From the human T2T-CHM13v2.0 reference genome, Homo sapiens: DNA of 64,000 nt. Below are positions 54,317 to 64,000 of the stretch, one piece after another. A model generated the notes under the pieces. That model ran no database searches. It was not told the DNA's origin and saw only the letters and a list, made by a program, of their open reading frames with translations. Made by a program: the position numbers and the translations under genes. Within the stretch, counting starts at the first letter, position 1, and every line of letters begins with the position of its first letter. The stretch lies in assembly GCF_009914755.1 (NCBI RefSeq), contig NC_060935.1, one strand, 5' to 3'.

Positions 54317-56075
54317 CAAAACTAATTACTGGATTTATTTTTAGTGTTTGTGATTAAATTCATTGTGATTGCACAAAAATTTTAAAAACACGTGATGTAA
54401 ACTTGCAAGCATATCAACCAGGCAAGTCTTGCTGTAAAAATGAAAACAAAACAAACCCATGAGGTTACCATCAAGTGCAATCTGTAAAATTGTGAAGTTC
54501 CATCATTTCCATTCAAGTCATCCATTCTTGCATTTGTGACTTAAAGGTTGACTGGTCAAAATTGTAGAAACAAGTAGTTACCCATTGGATTCATATGAGC
54601 TAAAACTCATCACTATTTACTAAAGCACAACATCTCATCCTACAAAAGTTAAGAAGCCAAAGCTACTTGATCATGCAAAATGCACTTATATATTTGTTAC
54701 ACTGTATTGCAAGATAGCACACAGAAGTTGGCTGCGTCAAGTAGAGGCGACATTTATTAAGTGAAAATCATGGAGTTGGGATATCTCTCAATTAAAGAAA
54801 TACATTGTGAACTATCAGCTACAAAGTTGTACTGAATAACTATTAGAATTGCATAATGTGAGATATTTTGTTAGTCCTCAAAAGGAATATCTTGCAGTGT
54901 TTTCTATGAAATGCTTGGGCACAAACACTTATTTCTGTGAAAGAGAACATGTAAGTTGAGGGGTATGCTTCATGTTCTTCCATCCATTTACCTAATAGTA
55001 TGAAACAGTTCACATTTCAATAAAATCAAACTTTTCATGTAGCGTATCACATAACTTTTTTGCAAAAAATATAAAAAGAAATAAACTTCAATGTATTTTT
55101 TATTACAACTTTGTACTGGTTGTAACTTGCATTAGAAAAAAAAAAGAGATATATAAACCACAAAGAATCTAATAAGAAATTTATTATGGAGATATAGCCC
55201 TTAAAATGCAATATTAAGAACAAAGAAATAGAAAATGGTTTAGATATCTTTCTTCCTTCATAATTAAATACTATATGAAACTTGTGCCACAGAGCTATAT
55301 GTAATATGAAAAGATTAACTTCATAGAGATATTGTAAGTAGGTAATTTTATTATTTAAAGTCCTATTAAGAAATATTTGTCTTAAATATATAGGACAATA
55401 CATTATATTAAAATGGTCTCTCTCTATATATATCTGTATATCTTATACATGTCCATACACAGAAACATAATAAACAATCTTCACACGAAACCAAAAATAG
55501 CATACACCTAATGTTGGGTTAGGGAATTGCAATTTCTACTTTCATAGAGTCATAGAATTTTAGGTGGGGAAGAGGCATTTTGCTTGTCATTTCTTAATAT
55601 AACTCAACAAGAATTGCAACATTTGTGTACCAAGCAATAAGTGCAATGCATAAAATTTCCTGTCTGTATATTACCTTCATTTTGCTTGTAGTAGCTGTTT
55701 GGGTGGTTGGAATAATTTTATTTTTCTTTTAAAAAAGCTAACATCAGACCCCTTTATAATGTCCTAAAATTATGATAATACATTTCCCAATTCAACTCAA
55801 AATATTATTGGTGTATTTTGTCTATTCTGGATATTTGATCTGTTTAATGTACTGTGCTAGTGACTGGAGGCCCTGCTACTGCAAATATAAAACATAAAGT
55901 TTGTTTAAAAAAATGCAAATCATTCTTTACCTTAAGAAAAAAAAAATACCCTTTGCTTTGTGCCTCAAAGTGATGTAATGTGATCACAGCTTTTGTTGTG
56001 TTGAATGAAAATATGTGGACTGTCATTTTGTTGCAGCAAAAAAGTGTTAATAAAATGCTCTATTTATCCTTTTTT
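54317..56075 (+). other. SLC17A6: SLC17A6 3'UTR
   Basis: AT-rich stretch with no obvious interspersed repeats between stop codon and distal AATAAA. Confidence 0.8.
56049..56054 (+). terminator. Likely major polyadenylation signal
   Basis: AATAAA with upstream TGTA/U-rich and downstream T-rich sequence. Confidence 0.75.
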
Positions 56076-57194
56076 AAAAAGCAGTGCATTAATCATACAT
56101 TAATTTGGATTTATTTAGTATTTAGCTTTAATGTGAATTTAGCTGGTGGAGACCCCAATGAAGCCAAATCTAGGCTTCAAGAACAACAACAACCTTTGGA
56201 GCCATTGGGGATCTAATGAAAGAACATGGCATTCTTTAGATTGTGTGGAATGTGGTTCCATAGAGTTTTAAATCAATAAAAAGGTCTCCGAGTCAAACTC
56301 CAGATTTCAATGAGTTTTCTCACAACTGCTGCTAAGTTTAAAGAAGAATTTAGGAAAAAACTAAAAACAGGTCACATCAATATTACCACCTAATTTTAAT
56401 TGCACACATACCCTGTGCTAGGTAACTGTCCTAGTCATTTTTTGATATAGGATCTCATGTAACTACACAGTGGCCATCCAAAGTAGGTGCTCTTTTTTAT
56501 TCCCAGCTTGTAAATGAAGAAACAGAAATTCAGAAGGTTTGCATAGCTTTATCAAGCTAAAATGGTATAATGGCATTATATTATAATGTTTCAGCCAAAC
56601 CAATTAGCAGTAAGCAGGCTTTATCAAGGCAGCCAAAAGAATGTCTTTGTCACTGGAATGGAAATAATTTAGCTCAGATTCCCTATCTTATAGATATGTA
56701 AAAGACAATAGGGGTAAATATGTATAGAATCTATGTATAGAATCTATAAAATCTAAGACTCATAGAACTTTACTGCCCAGAGGATTTAGGAGATGATTTA
56801 GTTGATATCTGTTGTTGAATGAATGAGAACACTGAAGGCCAATAAAAGGAACAGACTTGATCAAGGGACACAGAGATTGTTATGGAATTGGAAAGAAATT
56901 TTGATGATTAGCTGTGCATTTATTTTTATTTTCTCTTTAAAGAAGGTTTCCATTTGAGTTAATTAAATGACCATTTATTGCTTCTACCACTACTCCCATG
57001 TCCACCACTCACATCTTCCAATCTTCTGCATAAAGAAACGATGGCCAGAGACCCAGCCTAGTTCTTAAGGAGGCTCACAGGCCATTCTCTGCAGAACTTG
57101 GTAATAGGAATAAAAATGACTTGAATTTAACACTATATAATTTCTCCAATTCCATAACAAAAAGTTTACATTTCTCATAAGAAAATTGTTCTTA

Positions 57195-57358
57195 CCTGGG
57201 AGAGATGGAGCATGCCTGTAGTCCCAGCTACTCCTGAGGCTGAGATAGAAAGATCACTGGAGCCCAGGAAGTGGAGGCTGTAACACACTATGTTTGTGTC
57301 TGTGAATGGTCACTGCACTCCAGCCTGGGCAACAGAATGACACCCATCTCTAAAAAAA
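57195..57358 (+). mobile_element. FAM (fossil Alu monomer)
   Basis: Single arm retaining the 7SL-like ...tgtgaatggtcactgcactcc segment; TSD aaaattgttct. Confidence 0.8.
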
Positions 57359-59587
57359 ATTGTTCTAATGATGTCTCCAAATATTACCACCAGCCACATT
57401 CATTTTCTCATCTCTCAACCCTAAAAATTCATTGTCCCCTTCTCCTCTTCCTCTGCCTTTTTTTCTCAATTTCCTCTCATTATCATATGTGTCTTTTTTT
57501 TGCAGTTTGCAAAATGCTTTCCTATGAATTGCCACATTTTGTCTTCAATCTGCCTTTTAAAATTAAAAGGCCAAGTATCATTATTGGTATTTCTATTTTC
57601 CAGGTAAGGAGGGCAGGTCTAAAAGAGTGTAGTAAACTTCCTAAAGATTCCCCAGCAAAGATAGAACTAGAATATCGACTATCTGGCCACAGCAAGAGAG
57701 CATTTTCTTTTTACTTTTAAGTCATTTTATTACTTTTTTGAATATAAATGTAGTATTTGGAGAGTCGGGGAGCTTCATTAGGTGTAGGACAGCATTAAAA
57801 TCAATGAAAATAAAGTAATCAATAATTATTCTACCCAGGGATACGCACTGTTAACATTTGGAGAATCCTTTCTGTGAAAAACACACATAAAACTTACATT
57901 CTATTAATTAAATACTATTACATATTATTTAGTTTGCAAGTTCAAAATTATACTTGATTTACTATTGTTACCTAATGTTCATTTAACAGTAGAGCCTGTT
58001 CATTTTCTTATTTGAATAATAAAGTTCTATAATCTAATATTCGATTATTTAATAAGAACTATATTTCATCTATCTATCCCATACCTCATTTATGAACATT
58101 TTAGTTATTTCCAATATTGGCTGCTATAATCAGTGGTGTTATGAATATCTTTGTGTTATCATCTTTGCACCCTTTTACCTTTATAATGTATGAACCCTTT
58201 TGGGAAATGCAAAGTGACATATACACATCTTCAACCTCTATAACCATGATGGATAATCAAGTTAACATCAGTGGTTTATTATTTCTGTATTTATCTACAG
58301 GAAATACTACTGGCAAATTGTTATTTTCTGGGGTTCACTTACTAATTGATTTGTTCAACTCAATAAATGTTTTTTAATCACTCATGCTATGTGAGGCACT
58401 GAGGATTCACGGGTGAGAAGATGACCCAGTCTCTGAGGCATTTATTTACGTGACCCCTAGTTGCCCAGCAAGACCACACAAATGTGACTGAGAGAAGCTT
58501 CTGGACACAGGGCCCTAAGTAATAACTCTGAAAAAGGAATTTTCTTAAACTTCCATACTCCTGAAGATGAATTGCCTTCAAGTTGCTCCCCATATCAAAT
58601 TGATTGATTGATTGATCATAGTTTCAGGTAAGGAAGCTTCTCTCAGCCTCAGAAAGCCTCATGCTGCAGGAAGTCTAGGTCATGGGAGATATCAGCATCT
58701 AGTGTCTCCAATACCTGAATCTCTGTAGAAGAAGAGATGGTCTAAACTTTTAAGTGTGTTTTCCAGTTCTTCAAATTTCTTTTTGTTGTGTTCCTTTTCT
58801 GGGCTTCTCATGAGCTGTAAATTTTCCCTTTCCATTTCTTCCTTCATCTACTCTCAGTTTTAACCACAAATAGAGACTACTAAGATTTAATTCTTTTGGT
58901 AGTGATATAATTAGCAGGGACTTTAATTTTTTTTCTTTCTATCTTCATTCAAGAACTCAGACCTGAATTTTCATTCAGCTACTGTCAAAAACACCTTATT
59001 TGTAAAGGTTTGTCTAACACTGTTCAGTCCCTTAAAGTGTTCAAGCTTCGCCAAGGTTTTCCCTAAATGCAGCCAGGCATCCAAAAATTGCATTATCTGG
59101 ATGTTTAATCCTGACCCCTGCCCATATTCAGCATCATTGATTGAATGAAACCCTTAGCTTTCACCAAGAGCAAGCAAAATGAAGAAATCTCTTCAGTCTT
59201 GTTAAACTACATTTGAGGACGTGTTTTATCACTTTGCCCAATGTGCATTAGATAAAGATCCTTGCCTTTCTAATAGTTTGAGGAATGCTTTTTGTGTTGC
59301 ACTCGTGTGCTGTCAACAATTAGACATGAAAGACATGAAGCCGGTCATGTTTCCTTCTTTGTTTCTTCTAGGGAGCTCCAAGATACACTTTTTGACTCGG
59401 TTGTTATTTGTTATCTTCCTTCCTCATTTACATTTGGTTTCTGTCTTTTACTGTTTCCTTGTTTAGGTGGTATTTACCTTTGATTTAATTTTAAAAAGAC
59501 CATGTGAATGAGGTATTCAAGAATGATTATAATAATAATAGAAATAATTTTATAGGGCTTTTGAAATGCTAGCCACAGTTCTCAGTT

Positions 59588-59717
59588 ACACACACACACA
59601 TATACACACACACATATGTATATGTATATATGTGTGCGTATATGTGTGTGTGTATATATATATATATACTTGCTTTTTTTGTATATATATACAAAAACAT
59701 ATATGTATATATATATA
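59588..59717. repeat. Compound (CA)/(TA)/(TG) microsatellite with internal palindrome
   Basis: Includes tttttgtatatatatacaaaaa. Confidence 0.9.
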
Positions 59718-59719
59718 CT

Positions 59720-59900
59720 TGCTTAATCTTTACAAAAACCCTTTGGGGTAGGTACTATTGTAAACTTCATTTTATAAATAAAGGAACTCAGGCACAGAGA
59801 AGTTAAGGTACTTGTCCAAGGTCACAGAGCTAAAATGTAAAGTTTGAATGTGAACGCAAGCCATCTGGCTTCATATCCTAAACTCTTTATCACTACAGTC
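59720..59900 (-). mobile_element. MIR
   Basis: ggcacagagaagttaagg tacttgtccaaggtcacagagct is the reverse-complement MIR core. Confidence 0.8.
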
Positions 59901-59945
59901 CATTGTATCTGATTAGTTGTGTGACTTTTAGAAGTTCCTTAATTT

Positions 59946-60221
<276 letters not shown>

Positions 60222-61856
60222 TTAATTTATCCGAGCCTTGCTTTTTCATCCATAATATGGTACTTTAATACCCAATTAATGGTTAGTTTTTGACTAAATC
60301 AAATAGTATGAAATGCTTAACACAGCACCCTGTGTGTTAACAGTGTAATAAATGCTTAATGTATGTAAACATGTAAGTGTTTAACAAATGTCATTTCTCT
60401 GCACCCTTTCCTTATGATGCTAAGTAAATATAAGGTATGAACTCTTCAAGTATGATTACAATGTCAGATCCATCACAATGGACCATTTTGGAAACTCTCT
60501 TGAGGTATTTTTATTTTTAACACTACTAAGTAACTCAGATTGGTTACCTAAATTACTTTTCTATTTATATTTTATAAATTTTATGTGACATGAAACAACT
60601 ACAGAACAATAGGCACTATAAACCACAACACTGATTTTTTTTTTTTTTTTTGCTGAAGCCAGAAAGCGTGAAAGAAAGTTCAAATTTGGCCTTTTTTCAA
60701 TTTGAAAGAATATCTGAAGCAAAGAATAAAATATCAATATTTCTATATTCTGGGAATCCACATATCTATTTTTATTATATTTTATGCTACTTTTCTGTGT
60801 TTCAAAATACAAAACCCAGCAAACCAGATATAGTCTTATTGCTCTCCAGTCTTTTATTTTTAATCTCTGTGCTGCCAATTAAGACATTGCCATGATCTTC
60901 AAGAATATTTGACAGTTTTCTGGAGCCATAAATTTTAAAGCATTGGCAGAATGTTTTCATTTTATAAAAAAAGGTAAAAAAAGGAGTTATACACATTTTT
61001 GAACAGGTTTATGAATCCAAATGAAGTTCTTTTGCACAAAGCCAACAAAAGTGTGCATAAGAATAAATGTCACAGATAAAAGCCATCTTTCCCACAGATC
61101 TCATCAGAGTCTATTGGACTGCTTCTTGAGGATTTTAAAAAAGGGGGGCATTGTCGGGGCGGGCTGTCTGTCTCCATAAATGGAAGGTGGAAATTAGTAT
61201 GTCACCATTAGGCTAAAGGCACATTAATTGTCTCAATTTCAGTTGCAATGGGGATAGCAGAAGAAACAGAACTGCTTGGGTTTGAGCCCTGAACCTGCCA
61301 CTTCCCTTTGGTAAATACAAGGCATGTCATACCAGATCTCTGAGCCTCAGCTTCCCCATCTGGAAAATAAGGAATTGGTCTGCTTCAATGGTTCATAAAA
61401 TCTCAGTTCCAAAATTTTCTGGCTTTAATCTCTCTGACAAATTACTGAGTTCCTCAGGTCAACTTGAAGAAATATAGTAAATTGTTCTCAGAATTCAATC
61501 AAATATGAGACTACATGTTTACTTTCTGCCTATATTTCTACTGACTTTATTAGCAACTCATTTTGATAACTAATAGGATAGACATTATGGGAGAAAGGGG
61601 CTTCTTTCAACCTGATAGGCTTCTTTGTATGATACTCCCTACTCCCTGACTTGTCTAGGAATATCTTGTATATTTTTACAGAATTTTGAATTTTAGAATT
61701 TCAGTAAACTCTTTACTACCTAAATCTTTTCCTGTGAGTTGGAATACTTGTATAAAAAAAAATGAGTCTGAGTTCTAATAACTGGTCACACTCAACTTTT
61801 ACTAGTTTAATGGAATATATTATAGTACACTAGCATGCTGGAAAGAATGAAAATAA

Positions 61857-62157
<301 letters not shown>

Positions 62158-62324
62158 TACTTTATAAATGGAAAGGCTGAAGTCAGAAAGGTGAAGTGAC
62201 AGTTCATGTCACCCAGCTAGTTAGTGACAGAAGGTAACTCAAACCTACATTGTGGGATTCACAACAGTGTTTCTGTCATAACTGAAAACCACTGTTTTAT
62301 TCAGTAAGTCCATTAATTTGCCAA

Positions 62325-63760
62325 ACAGCAAATATTTGTTGAGAATGTATTATGTGACAGGTACCAGGAATATTGTGGAGGGAAAAGACTAAGTGGACCC
62401 TGCCTCCTCAGAACTCTCAATGCAGTGTGAGTTACAGATAATAAAGAAATAACCAGAAAAATCTATTATAATTCTGGTAGATGCTATAAAAGAGAAGTTA
62501 GGTGTTTTAAGAAGGTTAAACAGGGCACGTGACCCAGTCTATAAGCTGGGAAAAATTTGCTCATGGATGTGACATATACCATGAGACCTCAGAGATAAAT
62601 ATGAGTTAGCCTGGCATAGCATGACAGGTAGAAAGTTTCAGAAACAAGAAATGGCATGTGAAAAACACCCTAAGGTGAAAAGAGTTAGATATGTATTTGG
62701 TATTTTAGTGTTAGCACTACCCAGATGACAGTGAGTATGCATATAGAGCAAGTGGCATTTATTTAATAGACAGAAATGCTAAACAACTGAACTTAAACGT
62801 ACAATACTAAAACATTATTTTAAGAGCTACACTCTGCCTATTCATTACTTCATTCAACATCTATTGAGCTATGTGCTGGCCTGTTACTGCACTATGGGGA
62901 TACAAAAATGAATGAAACATGGTTTTTGCTCTTGAAAAGCTCATGGTTTAGTGGAGAAGAATGTAAACAGAGGTAGGAAGAGAATGTCATCCACACAAAT
63001 GAAAGAGACTTTTTTATACATATCCTAATTGGGCAGCAAATTCCACATATCAACAGGTAAATAATTTCTTACATGATTATACCACTTTACAGTTTTCAGA
63101 GCATTTTAACACAGTGTTTATCATAATTTGCAATGAGGTATTTGTTTCTTTTTAGGAATTTAAAGTATTTCTCCTACTAACACGTAAAACTCATATGGCA
63201 GATCTTTTGTTCTAAATGCTGCATACAGGGCATAACATAGATTAGGAGCTCAATAAAAACTTTATGGATGAAAGAAAATGTGGTTATATTTGATTTGGCC
63301 AGCAAATTATAGAGATAGGGAGAATGATATTATCCTCCTCATTAAATTAACCTTTCTGAAAGAAGAAAGGTCTGAAAAGGGAAAAAGAGAAGACATTGAA
63401 CTGGAGTTTGAAAGTGAAATAGGTGTTTGTCCATTTTATAGGTGGAGGAAAGGCATAGAGGTAGAGACTACATCATTAACAAATTGTGGAGGCGTGTCAA
63501 CCATACTGTTTGGAGATAAGTGAAAAGATAGTGTGATTGGAAGATCAAGTATGTTTAGGAGCAGAAACAAGGCTGGTAGGACTATTAAGCTGGTTGTGCA
63601 ATGCTTTAGATGCCAGACTAAATTGTTCAAATTTTATCTTATAATTGAAGGGATTTTAGGTGGGGATTAAGATGATCAGATATGTCTAGAACATTACATG
63701 GAAGTGGAGAGAGACTGAAGGTGGCTTCTGTATTACAGTGCCAAGGAAGACATGGAGGGG
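62325..63760 (-). mobile_element. Cluster of LINE-2 fragments
   Basis: aaatatttgttgag...tatgtgacaggtacc, cattcattcaacatctattgag-like ends and gagttagcctggc motifs; boundaries poorly defined. Confidence 0.5.
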
Positions 63761-64000
63761 GAAGATGGTATATCCTGGGAATGGTGGCGTGTTTCCAGAT
63801 GTCAAGCCAAAACTTGACATATTTATTCCTTCCTTATCCACCCACTTACAACTCAAACTCCAGAGCAGAATGTAGATATTCAAAATAGACTGACAAAGAC
63901 ATAATTCATGCTTTCTGCATCTTGCATAATGATTCAAAGGCACAGTGATCCACTTGTCCCTGACTTCCATAACTCTGGACAAAAAGAACCACACACAATA

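Noticed and set aside
56153-56210. Imperfect hairpin CCCCAATG...CATTGGGG downstream of the poly(A) site
   Set aside because: Only 8+5 bp with a large loop; not pre-miRNA-like and compatible with chance

Overview
Primate genomic DNA, rich in Alu, L1, L2, MIR and MLT repeats; the protein matches human VGLUT2 as I recall it. The window holds the complete + strand SLC17A6 gene (vesicular glutamate transporter 2). Its 12 coding exons all have GT-AG introns and join into a 1749-nt ORF (582 aa + stop) from ATG 15124 to TAA 54316, with a ~1.75 kb 3'UTR ending after AATAAA 56049. About 15 kb upstream and 8 kb downstream are repeat-rich non-coding DNA, including a collapsed RPSA processed pseudogene. 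I found no prokaryote-type systems and no second intact protein-coding gene, and I cannot claim a proven new system. The best leads are cis-regulatory hypotheses: (1) an intronic copy of the U1 snRNA 5' end that could hairpin over the exon-1 donor; (2) a near-perfect RE1/REST site overlapping a cluster of antisense splice donors at the promoter; (3) palindromic POU4F-like and PBX-HOX/E-box elements in introns 1 and 8; (4) a tight inverted Alu pair in intron 9; (5) uORFs and a neuronal miRNA-seed cluster. Repeat subfamily names and TF motif identities come from recalled consensus sequences, not from a search.
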